Assembly (NCBI RefSeq): GCF_052425735.1
Contig: NC_135763.1
Location: forward strand, 14,384,001 to 14,448,000
From: Oculina patagonica
Taxonomy: Eukaryota
Reading direction: 5' to 3'
Length of the DNA stretch: 64,000 bases
Shown here: one piece after another, positions 12,262 to 25,468 of the stretch
How positions within the stretch are numbered: the stretch's first letter is position 1
How the letters are laid out: each line of letters starts with the position of its first letter
Notes under the pieces: generated by a model
Told to the model about the DNA's origin: nothing
Database searches by the model: none
The model's input: the letters and a program-made list of their open reading frames with translations, nothing else
Position numbers and translations under genes: made by a program

Positions 12262-13963
12262 TTGTTTTTGATTATTTGAAGCGAAGGAATAGTTCCAACG
12301 CTGTGGGATGCCATTTGTGATATTAAAACCAAAAAGTTTCGGAACTCAGTAGGTTTTAATATTTCGGCTTTTACTGTTTATGTAAGTAACGGATGAAGAC
12401 TGTAACCGACACAATGGGTGGCTATGGTGGTTTACTTAGTAGTGACCTGTTATCCCTATTTAATTGTATCGCTTAGGTAAATTACCATTGTTAGTTAAAT
12501 TGAAGAAATTATAATAGTGAGCTCACTAATAAGTTTTCCTGGATCGGAGTAGATTGTCATGAAAGCTCAGAAAGTCTGCCATTCTCGTCAGGGGCACAAT
12601 GACAGACCCCTTAGAGAGATAATTATTTCGCAAAGAGTAAGCTAGAAAAAAAAAAGGGGGGATAAGCGCGCGCGGGAAGACGTTACATTGATCTTTTATC
12701 CGTATTGTAACGTATCGATAAACTAAAAGCCAAATCAGGGTAAATCTCTCTAAACCACGTTTCAAACTGTGGTACCACAGCTGGCTCTACGTGGCTGAGC
12801 TAACTGTTATCAATCTATACCGATGAAACGTTAACAAAATGTTAAAATGTATATGGATGGTATATCGACTCTCTTTGGAGCCCAGGCTGCGCGCGCGCAA
12901 GATGCAGACGTTCAAATAAAAGCACGCGCGTACAAACAGCCCTCGCGAGCAAACAAATGAAAACACCCAAGAGAGTTTGTTCCGTACCAAGCGCTCGGTT
13001 TTTTCCGATGGTGAGTTTGTTATTTTTGTTTTTAAAGATTCAATTTACCAAATTTAATCTTAACAACAATGTTTAAAACATAGCAGCTGCGAAAGCTTAT
13101 TTAGTTTACGGCACTTATTAGTAATAAAATCTCATCATTTATTATAAACACATTCAACGAACTTTTATAACTTAGGTCATTACATTTTGCCTTATTTTAA
13201 CATTTTGTTAACGTTTCATCGGTATAGATTGATAACAGTTAGCTCAGCCACGTAGGGCCAGCTGTGGTACCACAGTTTGAAACGTGGTTTAGAGAGATTT
13301 ACCCTCATTTGGCTTTTAATTAATCGATACGTTACAATACGGATAAAAGATCAATGTAACGTCTTCCCGCGCGCGCTTTTCCCCTTTTTTCTAGCTTACT
13401 CTTCGCGAAACAATTATCTCTCTAAGGGGTCTGTCACTGTGCCCCTGACGAGAATGGCAGACTTTCTGAGCTTTCATGACAATCTACTCCGATCCAGGAA
13501 AACTTATTAGTGGGCTCACTATTATAATTTCTTCAATTTAACTAACAATGGTAATTTACCTAAGCGATACAGTTAAATAGGGATAACAGGTCACTACTAA
13601 GTAAACCACCATAGCCACCCATTGCGTCGGTTACTTACACAAACATAACTATTAGGACTTTTTCTTTACCATCTAGTCAGTTAACCCTCTAGTCAGTCAG
13701 TCTTATGGAAGGTTTTCTGCACTTTCGACCTTCGTCTGCTCAGTCTGTTTGTTCAGACCTTTCACGTGCTTATGCACATGTCAGGCTGTTCACTCGGCAG
13801 TTCATTAGGATCGTTGTTTTTGCAGTCTTCATCCGTTACTTACATAAACAGTAAATGCCGAAATATTAAAACCTACTGAGTTCCGAAACTTTTTGGTTTT
13901 AATATCACAAATGGCATCCCACAGCGTTGGAACTATTCTTTCGCTTCAAATAATCAAAAACAA
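12262..13963. repeat. Long inverted repeat (arms 12262-12848 and 13194-13963, 345-bp spacer)
   Basis: Arms are reverse complements apart from scattered substitutions and ~190 bp extra in the right arm (13635-13822); produces mirror ORFs 12526- and 13277+. Confidence 0.92.
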
Positions 13964-16900
13964 ATCGTTAATGTAATTCAACTTGTAAAGCTCCAAGGAA
14001 TACTGAGTCTTCTTCTCATACAAATCGTTAATGGAATAAATCTCTCTGCGAATTTCTCCGGTTACTCCTCGTGTTTTTGTTACACCTTTTCTCCAATTTT
14101 GAAGCATTTCAAATGGCGAAAGATCTCGAGCCATATCGAAAGCAAAACTCTGTTTCTTGCAAATTAGTGCATAACAGAAACAAATTGCTCATTTCAAATT
14201 TCAGTTGTCGGTTACAGAGCGAAAAAAAATGTCGCCATATGTCTTTCGAAATTTGATATTTGAATATACAATCCAACGGTTAAAGAGTTTATGCTAAAAA
14301 CCTTCGACTCGAAGGAAAACTAAATCATCTTACGGAAAACAACACAATGCTATTCTAAACTCAGCCAAATGCTATCGGCTTGCAGTAGTTAATTTCAAAC
14401 TTAACTAAACACAAGCCCCCAAGTTAACAGGGAACACAAATGAAATTAATATAGAAATTAATATAAAAATTCGTACTGCTCAATCGACCTTCGAATCTTT
14501 CAATTTCTGTTCCAAGCGCGAGCTATAATGGCTCTCGCAATTGGCCTCCTCGTTTAAAATTTCAAATTTTACTATGTCGTAGTCTACACGCCACGCAACT
14601 CGTCTTTGGCCAATTCATGAACGAAGGACTGCAGAAAATTGGTAAGAATCTTTTTTCTTTCATCTTTAAGATGGAACTTTTCGTTAAACATTAAGCGATA
14701 CCAAAAAGTCTAACTCACCGGTTTGTCTCAAACATGACTCTTTCAAACCAAGAAATGGCAACCGCAGATGACTTAGCATTGATAGAGGCGGCGGCTAAAG
14801 TCGAACAAGCAACGAACTACCAAAGTGGTAAAACGAAGAAAGTCAAGGTAACTCGCCGAACCTTAGTTTAACGATAGTTTTCCAAGCCATTCCTAAAGAC
14901 AAACTGCACGTAGATCCCAGCCAAATGGTACCAAATGGTTTCAAACGTGCGGGTCAATAGGTTATCTCCTTGGTAAAGTACAAATAAACTCGTGCCCATT
15001 CCCTCTCCTTCCTGACTAAATTTTAAATCAAACAAGCACTCGGAAAGTGTAAATTTCATTTGGCTTTCCCTCCCTTTCATACCTATTTACCAGGTAGTCC
15101 TTCTGGGTTCCTGATGAGAAGAGGGCTATTTTTGTTCTTTTGCAATGGTTTGGGAAATGCTAATAGTGAGCTCACTATAATTGGGTATTTAAATATTCCG
15201 CAAACACCAGCGGTAATTGGTGTTATAGAAGTAAATACCAACTATGATTAACTAATAATTTATTGCAGAAAACCAGACGTAACAAAAAGAAAGAAAAGAA
15301 AGAACAGAAAAACAAGGAAGAAAAGAAAAAAAGGATCAAATTAATTAAGAAATTTAAAAAGATAAATAAGGAAATAAAAGAAAAGAACAAAAAATTGAAC
15401 AAAGAAAAGAAAGAACGAGAACACAAAATATCGTTATTAATAAGGAAACAAATCAGAGCAAAACAAATGGCTGCGCAACTCACTAGAATGGCTGCGGAAC
15501 TAAGATCCCTTACGAAGAATATGCAGGGAGTATTCCAAAGCTTAATCTAATGGCAAAAAGTTTTATTTTTGTAACAAAAGTGATGTTGAAAAGAAGGAAA
15601 TAAGTATAAAGTGTAAACAGAAATTTCAGAAATCTGTATTTTTTAAAAACAAAAACAAAATTAAAATCAAAATTTCAAAGAAGCAAGAGAAAATATCTTT
15701 TATTTTTAAGCAACAAATATAATTTCTGTTTATTTCCTTTTGCAATAAGCAATCTCCATTATATAGTCCAGTCAATATAAGCCATTTCGTTGTCTAACCC
15801 AAAACAAATTGCAACAAAAATAAAACATGCCTTATTCGACTTTGCATATATTGAGGAATAACATACTAAAAGTCACCGTGAATCGGAGTATTGGAACGTC
15901 GTCTTTTTTGCGATATTTGAACTACAATGAAATATGAGAAATTTAATTTATGCATAACTAATGTGATTTTTACAAGTAACATTGAAGGGTCCATATCGAC
16001 AGAAATAATCAAGCTAGCAAAACCAAACAACGACAAACCAACAAATCAGTTTACAACAAATGTAGCATTTTTTACTTATCCTATTTATTGCGGGAAATAA
16101 CATTACTATTCTGCTCTTTTTGGTACTTTAGAGATCGTATTACCAGCGGCCGGATTCTGGCATAGATGCAAGTATAGTAACAGCGTTCGCTAATCGGATA
16201 TTTCATTAAAAAAGCTGAGTTTTCTTCAAAAATTAAAGATACTGAAAACTGATAAAGTATAATTATACCTTTTTGATGAAAGAATAAACGCTGGTCAAAA
16301 AAGGTAACGGCTGGTAACTAGAATTGCGGCAAACAATTATGGCGGGAGTCTTGGATAAAACCCTTAACATAATCTGTCAGAAAACGTAATGCGTGAATTT
16401 GCTCCCCCAAAACCCTTTCTGCTTATTGGAAGGTGCCTATAATTCCAAGAATCAACACTGATTGATCTTTGCAAAAGTCCCCCGAGTGACTGAGCCGTCA
16501 CAGACGCCGGGGACACAACCCCGGCGTAACTATGGGCACGCCTCCATCTCTGCACTTAATTCTTTTACAAAAGGATGAACAAATTCTTTCAGGAGTAGCA
16601 GAATGATTTTGAACAAAAGAAAAAGGGTTAACATTTGGAAAAAGTTTGGTAACAACCTGCAAATGACTTCAAATTATTTACAAACATGAATTCAAAATTG
16701 ATTTAAACCACAGTGACAAGTTTGGTATCACTCTATATCCACTCTACATTAGCATTTGTATACAGCCACGTCAAATGCTATACAGTTTTGTACGCCAATT
16801 AGTCCAGTCAAATTAGTATTGCACCCAAAACAAATTGTAACAAAAACTAAACATGCTGTTCTTGACTTCAAATTTGGTGTAGAATACGCTGCTGAAAGTC

Positions 16901-17479
16901 ACCGTAAATCTAAGCATTGGAACCTTGTATTTTTTATGACTTTCAAACCATTGGCGAAATTCCCAAATTGGCTGGTATGTAATATGGCGGAACCAAATAA
17001 AACAAAGTTCTAGCGTCTGTAATTCCACGAATAATAAAGACAGCTAAACCAAAATTGATATAACAACTGATTGATTCATTACCAATATAGTAACACAAAT
17101 GTTTTCATGTGTGACGTAATGATGGCGTCACAGATTTAATTCCAATAGCCGCCATTGATTTTTCGGGAAAATATGTTCCGATCAATTCAGATTTATAAAA
17201 AAAAAATATTTAAGAAATCAGGATATTTTTGTCTTGCAGTAACTAAAATATCAATGTAAGAAAAATTTGGCCTGTATTTTTAACTGGATTTAATATTTTC
17301 ACACTAAAATGTACTACAACAAGTCGAGTTAAATGGTCAAAGTGATCACTGACGAAAACATGTAGGATTATAGGTCCAATATTATCGAAATGTTCTGAAC
17401 AGACATAACCGCCCGCCCTAACGCTGTTGCAGTGGCTTTTACGGAAAGGATCATTTCTTAATTAACAAATACATAAGCT

Positions 17480-18200
17480 GAAATGAGCTCGAACTTTCAC
17501 GTCTCACAGATCCTCAGTGCAACTTTCTACAACAACACCTGAGCAAAGTAAGCTTATACACTGCACCCGTTTAGTACCCCAGTTGCTTTTACATTCGATT
17601 GCTTTTAACAAGTACGCTTAAAGTGACTGCGTGTTCAACTGCACAGGAACCAAGCTTTCTTTAATAACCTTCCATCGGTTTCCATCCCCAGTCCTCAGTG
17701 CACTTGTTGACTCCATTCCACTGCTGTACTTGATGATAGACCCTCAGGCTGTGCTACGAATAGGCATTATATCCCGACGTGTGGGTAGCATGCTGGGTAA
17801 AACTTTGCTGCGAAAGTGCCTCACTTGAAGGACATCCAGCTTTTCTCCAGGTTTATCATTTTAGAGACAGAACAGGGAGTCAATCTCCTGCTGTAATAAC
17901 GGCAACCCTAGTGGCTTGTTGGTAGTTAAATACTTCAAAATATTTCCTGAAAAATGCCCCAGAGTCGAGTTTCTTCAAGGAAACAGATTTTTGAATGCCA
18001 ATGCCAATATTTACTTTGTGAGTTAATTTATGTGCTGGTTCAGTCAGATCATAATTTATGTCCACTGCTCTTGAACAGAGTGAAAGGAGGAATGTATAAT
18101 CTCCAACTATTACAGTGTTGCATCTTGTGACAACTGTAGTTTGTATCAAAAGGACTTCGGCATTACCCTACGCATGTAATACGTCATTACTATGCCGTTT
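17480..18200 (-). pseudogene. Academ transposase C-terminal relic
   Basis: Frameshifted, stop-containing HSLRVYHQVQQWNG, TEDWGW and XPG-like motifs. Confidence 0.7.
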
Positions 18201-18954
18201 AAAATGCAGAGGTAGTAGCGCGACGAACCTTATCTTGTTTCACATTTTTGGAAAGGAAATCTTTCTTTATAACATACACTCTTTCCCGAGTGAATCTAAC
18301 ATCATGCATCGCTCATCCCACATCTGACCCTTTTATCGTGAGTCATATTTGGTGGCTGGTCTTCTTCGATAACCATCCAAAAATACAGTGGCAGAGCCAT
18401 ATTTTTTGAAACATATGTAAAGTAACGACTGGAAATAACGTCATACATACAGTGTCCTAGTTGCACATGGCATGAGTAAGGTATGGCTTATGTCCTGCCG
18501 AGAATGAAGCTAGAGTTTGGCCTTTTAATTGTTTACCGTCGGACATGAAAAAATTGAACTCTAGACTTCTTTTTAAACAAAAAGTTGTAGAAAATTTTTA
18601 TTTGTAATAGTCATAAGTTTTTATTTGTTTTTAACCGTTGTCTTTTTAACATTTCTTAACTTTTTTTAAGCTTTGTAAGTCATCTTTTTAAATTTTAATA
18701 TCTTACAGGACCCCTAAGATAACAGTACTCCAAAGTACTGATGGGTTAATCCTGTTAAAATATTTGTTTTATTTTTATTTCTTAAAAAGGATTTTAAAAC
18801 AGCGAGAAAAAGGCGTGTCTGTTGATGAGTTAATGCTTTCCACCGCAGTGGTTTAACAAATGTGACGATTGGCGTACAAAACTGTATAGCATTTGACGTG
18901 GCTGTATACAAATGCTAATATTGAGTGGATAGAGTGATACCATACTTGTCACTG

Positions 18955-19071
18955 GCTGCTTGCCTTTTTAAACTCTTCGGTTATTTCAGGCCACCAGACC
19001 CTTAATTATTTATTAATACCATATATATGTCTTTTCCTTTTGTATGAGGGTGAATAAAGTTGTTGTTGTTG
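18955..19071 (+). mobile_element. 3' tail of a non-LTR retroelement inserted in the right TIR
   Basis: Absent from the left arm; ends aataaa(gtt)n. Confidence 0.65.
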
Positions 19072-20769
19072 TTTGAATTCAAAGTTTGAATTCATGTTTA
19101 TCAAGTCATTTGCAGGTTGTTACCAAACTTTTTCCAAATGTTAACCCTTTTTCTTTTGTCCAAAATCATTCTGCTACTCCTGAAAGAATTTGTTCATCCT
19201 TTTGTAAAAGAATTAAGTGCAGAGATGGAGGCGTGCCCATAGTTACGCCGGGGTTGTGTCCCCGGCGTCTGTGACGGCTCAGTCACTCGGGGGACTTTTG
19301 CAAAGATCAATCAGTGTTGATTCTTGGAATTATAGGCACCTTCCAATAAGCAGAAAGGGTTTTGGGGGAGCAAATTCACGCATTACGTTTTCTGACAGAT
19401 TATGTTAAGAGTTTTATTTAAGACTCCCGCCATAATTGTTTGCCGCAATTCTAGTTACCAGCCGTTACCTTTTTTGACCAGCGTTTATTCTTTCATCAAA
19501 AAGGTATAATTATACTTTATCAGTTTTCAGTATCTTTAATTTTTGAAGAAAACTCAGCTTTTTTAATGAAATATCCGATTAGCGAACGTTGCTTCTATAC
19601 TTGCATCTATGCCAGAATCCGGCTGCTGGTAATACGTTCTCTAAAGTACCAAAAAGAGCAGAATAGTAATGTTATTTCCCGCAATAAATAGGATAAGTAA
19701 TAACTGCTACATTTGTTGTAAACTGATTTGTTGGCTTGTCGTTGTTTGGTTTTGGTAGCTTGATTATTTCTGTCGATAAGGACCCTTCAATGTTACTTGT
19801 AAAAATCACATTAGTTATGCATAAATTAAATTTCTCATATTTCATTGTAGTTCAAATATCGCAAAAAAAGACGAGGTTCCAATACTCCGATTCACGGTGA
19901 CTTTTAGTATGTTATTCCTCAATATATGCAAAGTCGAATAAGGCATGTTTTATTTTTGTTGCAATTTGTTTTGGGTGTAATACTTAGTTGACTGGACTAA
20001 TAAAGTAATGGAACACTGTGATAGTTCTCTGTTTTTATTACTCTTTCTACAGAGGCCTGTTACTCTCCATGAACTCCTCTCTGCCGCAGACTAAAAAAAA
20101 AAACAAAAATAAAGGATTATACCATCTTTATTTCGGTTTACTCTGCAATGCAAAAAGTAATACAAATTCATTCATACAAGACATATCATTCAGTAAAAAC
20201 ACTAAACCTTTGCCCAAAAAAGACCCACCTCCGCATCTACACAAATAATATACCCGTAGTATACATATATGCGGTTTGAAAACAAATTTACAAACCCACA
20301 TTGAGGAGCACCCTACAAATCTATACAGTAAGTTTCCAAGCGGTATATACCAGTCTTAATGGTCAAACCATTGTTTTTTTAGAGAATGAAACAATTTTAT
20401 AAAAAGTATTATTTTAGGAAGAAAAATTTTAACAGAAACCCCCCCCCCCCCCCCTCCCTCCTCCACCTATAAAGAAAAATACGAATTCAATCAAACCTTT
20501 AGTCTACTAGTCTCCAGGATATGTTGGGGCAGCCTGAGCGTTTGAATTTGCGGGTTGTCTCTCGGATGTCTGCACATTTCGTTGATGTGAATATTTACTG
20601 GAACTGCTGATCATTCTGACTGCGATTATGGTTGTTGTCTACATTCCGTTGCGCATTTCAAGTCAGCACTCAGGCATTGGTTGTGGTACCACAGCTGGCC
20701 CTACGTGGCTGAGCTAACTGTTCACAATGGTCAGCACCCAGGCACTAAATAGAAACATAAAACTCTTTT

Positions 20770-21720
20770 TGTAATCCTACCAATTTATCCAGCAAAGAAT
20801 CTCAAAAAATTTTTCAAATAATCAAGTAATTCTACCAATTTACAAATATCCAGCAAAGAATCTCAAAAATTAAAATAATCAAGTAAAACCTATAATCATA
20901 AAACATTTTTTCAAATCCTACCAATTTATAAATATCCAACATAGAATCTCATTAATTAATTTTAAAATAATCAAATAAAACCTATAGTCATACAGCTTTT
21001 AGGACACAGACTTCTCTCTCTGTGTTCGTTTTTTCGATTTCGAAAATCGTGCCTTTGTATAGTAAGTGCATGGTTGCTTGGGGGCCTGTCCTTCATTTTT
21101 GCTTATGGAGATTGTCTGTGTCCATTACTCAATATATAAACAAAAAAAACGAAATATTAAACTTAGCTATTTTTACACTACTGTTAAAAGACGTCCACCG
21201 AGATAAAACTAGTCCTTTACTCATAAACACCCTAGTGGAAAATGCTTAATCTGCTTCTCAACACCCAGTTACTTATAAAACATTCAAACCATATTCGTCA
21301 AAAATTTATTTACTAATAAAGAGAAGAAAATAAAAAGAAGGAAGTAATTAAAAGAAGAAATAAAATTAAAATGAAACCTACCCTAAACAAGGTTTTTTAA
21401 AAAAAGAATCTTCAAAATAATTAAAATATTCAAATAATAAACAAGTAAAACCTATAGTCATGCAACCGTTAGGATGCATACTTTTCTCTCCGTGTTCATC
21501 TGTTTGTTTTGGCTATGCGGGCTTTCGTGTATTTAGTACATGATTGCTGTGGGCCTGTCTTTCATTTGTTCATTGTGGAGGTTATCTGCATCCATTACTT
21601 ACATAAGCATAAAAACCGAAATATTAAAACTTAGCTAGTTCTTGCACTACTGGGTTTTAATATCAAAAAATGGCGCCCACCGCGATGGAATTAGTCTTTT
21701 GCATGAAAATTCAAAAACAA
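20770..21720. repeat. Degenerate tandem repeats (short aatcctaccaattt..cagcaaagaatctc units and two ~470-bp-period units)
   Basis: 20978-21245 matches 21447-21720, which also resembles 13680-13963. Confidence 0.7.
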
Positions 21721-21751
21721 TTATGTATTTTCCGCCATTTTGGAATAAGGT

Positions 21752-21871
21752 ATATGGGTACCAGCGAATTTAATACTGGGGGTAGCCCTGCGATGGACTA
21801 GCATGCCATCCAGGGGGAGTAGAAATACTCCTACTCGCTTAATACTTTGGAAAACGGGATAAACTCCGGCC
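21752..21871 (+). mobile_element. SINE fragment
   Basis: gggtaccagcgaatttaatactgggggtagccctgcgatggactagc core. Confidence 0.75.
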
Positions 21872-21889
21872 ATTCTATAAATTATAGTT

Positions 21890-23040
21890 AAAACACAATG
21901 CAGTTTCAGCTAATACAACTCTTTCTATTTATCTACCAGTCGGAACATTGTTTTGTGTGAACAATTTAGCTGAAAGAGGCTAGTTTGTGTGAATTTTTAA
22001 AAATGTACTTTAAGCCCGCTTCGCTTCTGTTGCTATACCAACGTGTCCCAAAGTCAAGTATTTTGTACAATTTATAATTAGTTTTGGAGAATCGTATTTC
22101 ATTTATTAATAGCCTGCGAACAGGCTCCCGAGTGGGGTTTCCGCGAGCGAAGCGAGTGGAAGAGCGGGGGCCTGTACTCCCCCTCAGGTCCCGCTCTTCC
22201 GCTCGCGTTCGCCGCTCGTTTCGCTCGCGTACTCCCACTCGCTTCGCTCGCGGAAACCCAACTCGGGAGCCTGTTCGCAAGCTAATTTATAAACAATTCA
22301 TGTAATGCAGTTACGGAAATGAACAACAAAAAACTGTGACGAGAATAATTATTTTAAATAGCTGTCTCAGCAAATTGTCCTTTGGACTGTAATGTAGCCT
22401 CTTGGTATTTTTTGGAATTTAATACGTGCAAAAATTGCGAGTCGCGTGCCTGTTTCAATGCTAAAACTATCACTTCCAAAATGTTAAACAATTCTCCCTA
22501 AAGAGGTAAGTTTCTTCGAATTTTTAAAAATGTATTTAAAAGCACTTTTAATCCTTCGTTTCCTATGCCAACACTTGGCCTAAAGTCTAGTATTTTGTAC
22601 AATGTATAATAAGTTATGGAGAAACGTCTCGTATAATTCAGTTCTAAATGAATAACACGACACCAAAGACGAGAATAACTGTTTTAAACGGCTGTTTGAG
22701 CAAATTTCCGTTTTAAAAGGCTGTAACTCAGCTTCTTGGTATTTGTTTGGAATTACAACAACTGTGAGTCATTTCCAAAATCGACTTGTTATCTTAAACA
22801 ATTCTCCTGAAAGAGGTTAGACTCGCTGGATTCTTTTAAAAAATGTATCTGAAAGCACTTTTCATGCTTTCGTTTCGTTCTATGCCCTAAAGTCAAGTAA
22901 TTTGTCCAATTTATTATTAGTTATGAATAATCGTATTACGTTTTAAACAATTCATGCAATTTAATTCTAAATGAACAACATAATACCAGAAAAGAGAGTG
23001 ATTCATTTAAACGGCTGTTCGAGCAAATTACCGTTTGGGC
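21890..23040. repeat. Three diverged ~300-350 bp tandem units
   Basis: aaagtcaagtattttgtacaatttataattag..tcgtatt recurs at ~22050, 22581 and 22888. Confidence 0.75.
22110..22284. mobile_element. Hairpin MITE with TAG..CTA termini (AcademH-like)
   Basis: ~50-bp TIR tagcctgcgaacaggctcccgag; 9-bp TSD atttattaa/atttataaa (1 mismatch). Confidence 0.82.
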
Positions 23041-24518
23041 AATTTGCATGAGGTGCTTACATTATTTACTTTTCTTTAGCCACGAGCAACCTCGTCCCCA
23101 GGCCAAATCCGTTCGTACGTACGTGCGATCGACAACACAAAAAGTTTCAGCCCGATGGGTTTGCCAATTTTTCAAAGCTATGGGGCTACGCACGTAGCAT
23201 TCACTCTTTTTCCAAACGTTGCGCCATTGCCGTTAAATGTAAACCTCTTGTTGCCTTTGAAAAGTCTCCTTGGAAGCCGATTTTTGGGTTCGTCACGCAA
23301 CACCTCTGGCGACAACCCAATGTGACGGCTGCCAAGGAGACTGGTTGTCTTTCGAAGCACAGGTCGGGGGAGGGGGGGGGGGGGGGAGGCGCAGGCGCAC
23401 TGACAACCTTAATGACATATAATCGGGATTTAATTATGTACTGTCCCACAAACCACCTTTTCCAAGGGATACTTCAGATGCAGGAACGACTGCGTTACTT
23501 GCTGCTACATCACTGACGGACGGACCGGTTACACGTTTTCCGCTGCAAGGTGAAGTGCCAACATAAATAATATAGTGCAACTCTTTCAGATAGAGTCCTT
23601 ATGTGCAACACAGACACTATGAGGATGTGTGTGTGTGTGTGCGTGTGTGAATGTGCGTGTGACATCATGGTGACATTTGCCACAAAAAATGAAAAATAAA
23701 CTAGGAAAATAACAAGGAAGCTATATAGTCAACCACTTTCCCCTTTGGAAGTCGAAGCGAACAGGGATCTTACAGTCCCCATCTCCTCGGAGGTGCCACG
23801 TCGTCACGTCGTCATGGTGTAGTCATGCTGGAAGACGAGGCTAAAGGTGGATTTCCACTGACGCGTATTTTTTTACGTGCGTGAAAAAATTTAGAGACAA
23901 TGTATGAACGACTTGCGTAAGCGTGTACGCTTGTGTTGATTCGCTGCACGTGGATTGTTTTATAGTTTGAAGGAAAAATCGGGTCTCGAGTGATTTGGGT
24001 TTATTTTTTGTCAGAGTCTAACTGGTTCCAAAAATTAAAAGTCTAGGTTCTCGCCTTATAGCCGAATAAATACGGTACATGCATGCTTAACTACCAGCCG
24101 AAATATTGTATTAATGTCAGTTTTCTTGAAATAGACCAAAACTTAATTTTGCAATGATATTATTATTTTTCCTAACCTTCAAAAAAAAAAAAGGAAAAGT
24201 AAAAAGAAAGAAAACAGGTTGCAACGGATGGGAACTCTATCTTTTGGCCTTTCGGCCTGCTCTCGATAAGCAGCTAGATGACAATCAAACTAAATAAAGT
24301 GAACTAAAGTGTGGAAAGTTTAACACCATTTGTTTTGGCAAATCTTTATTTGTCACTTTGTTGTTTTCGATTCTTGTTTCATAATACCCTTTTCCGAGTT
24401 TAGTGGCTTATAGCCACTTTGATTAATAATTGACTTGACTCGCTTAAAAAAGAAAGAATTGCTGTGACGAGAAAGGAAATACAACAAGGCTCTGACTGAG
24501 CTTATGAACTCAATGATG

Positions 24519-24519
<1 letters not shown>

Positions 24520-24556
<37 letters not shown>

Positions 24557-24573
24557 ACAACAACAACAACAAC
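24520..24573. repeat. Compound microsatellite (CAT)n(CAA)n
   Basis: Direct inspection. Confidence 0.95.
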
Positions 24574-24639
24574 GATTTATTTATTGTTGTTGATGGTGGT
24601 GAACAACACGAAAATTTTTCACATGGAATAAAACACCGA

Positions 24640-25468
24640 TAAACAAATGCAAATGCCAACCACACCTGCCATGACGACAGGAAATATCTCTCAACGCCAC
24701 AATATTAGACTTACTTCGAAGCCGCCTGTCAGGTAGATTACTCGTTGGGCGATGATAATATTAACATATCTAAGAAGATATTGTAATGCAAGTAACCTAT
24801 CTAAACTGATGGCTGTAATTGTCAACAAATATGCGCCACACAACGAGAATACTTGATACCGATACTTCTTATACTGCCGCAGGATTGCGTCAGTTCTATG
24901 TAAAGATACAAGGGTTGAAAACAAGAACAACAGCAATACATTCAAAGGGAATGGCAAAGGTGTCTTCCATACCACCGATATAACCAAGACATTTCCCAGA
25001 ATCGCAGTTATTGAAAACAGGATGTCAATAACGTTGTTAAAAACGATAAAGTTCCGTGGAACATTTTCAGCCTGAAATATATGAAGGCAGAAGCACAAAC
25101 TGGTGTTTTGAATTGCCTCCTGTTCTTCATGCAGTTTAAGTACCTACTTAGAGCTGACAATGAACATACATCAAAAGTAGTAGGTAAATATATACATTCA
25201 ATGTTTCAAAAAAGGAAAGAGCTTCTTAACTTACAAGCACAATGAACATTATAATTTATTTAATTTTTACATATATTGACATTATGAATTGTATAAGAAT
25301 CAATTTTTTTTTTTTTTTTTGTTATTTCTTAAATGTATTAGTAAATGTAAAAACCTTTGTTGTAAACAGACCAATACCTCCCTTTGGAGAGTAAGGCGCA
25401 ATAAAGATATACTATTACTATTACTATTACTATTACTATTACTATTATTGAACAGTTATTAGGCATGA
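24640..25468 (-). pseudogene. GPCR pseudogene
   Basis: AISLDRLLALQY and GNVLVISVVWKTP retained; deletions in TM2, frameshifts, no TM6-7; N-terminus interrupted by the 25137-25450 insert. Confidence 0.85.
25137..25450 (+). mobile_element. Retroelement 3' tail ending aataaa..(tattac)n
   Basis: Splits the pseudogene N-terminus (MPNNCS / NCMKNR..) relative to paralogs. Confidence 0.55.

Larger units (their letters stand above)
15764..19999 (-). mobile_element. Decayed Academ-type DNA transposon with ~1 kb TIRs
   Basis: Ends TAGTCCAGTCAA...TTGACTGGACTA; 3-bp TSD ATA; arms 15764-16799 and 18868-19999; internal minus-strand relics AEVLLIQTTV..VIVGDYTFLLSL (XPG-like DTD motif, decayed) and LPT..HSLRVYHQVQQW..EDWGW. 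Confidence 0.8.

Noticed and set aside
12526-13510. Twin ORFs MKRGLERFTL... on opposite strands
   Set aside because: By-products of the inverted repeat; non-ATG starts; no recognisable domain
15263-15550. Lys-rich 95-aa ORF and its Phe-rich antisense ORF
   Set aside because: A-rich low-complexity DNA with a non-ATG start; no supporting motif
16364-19408. Identical 63-aa ORFs (16364-, 19217+) and the MYTATS pair
   Set aside because: Lie in the Academ TIR arms; identity reflects the DNA repeat, not protein selection
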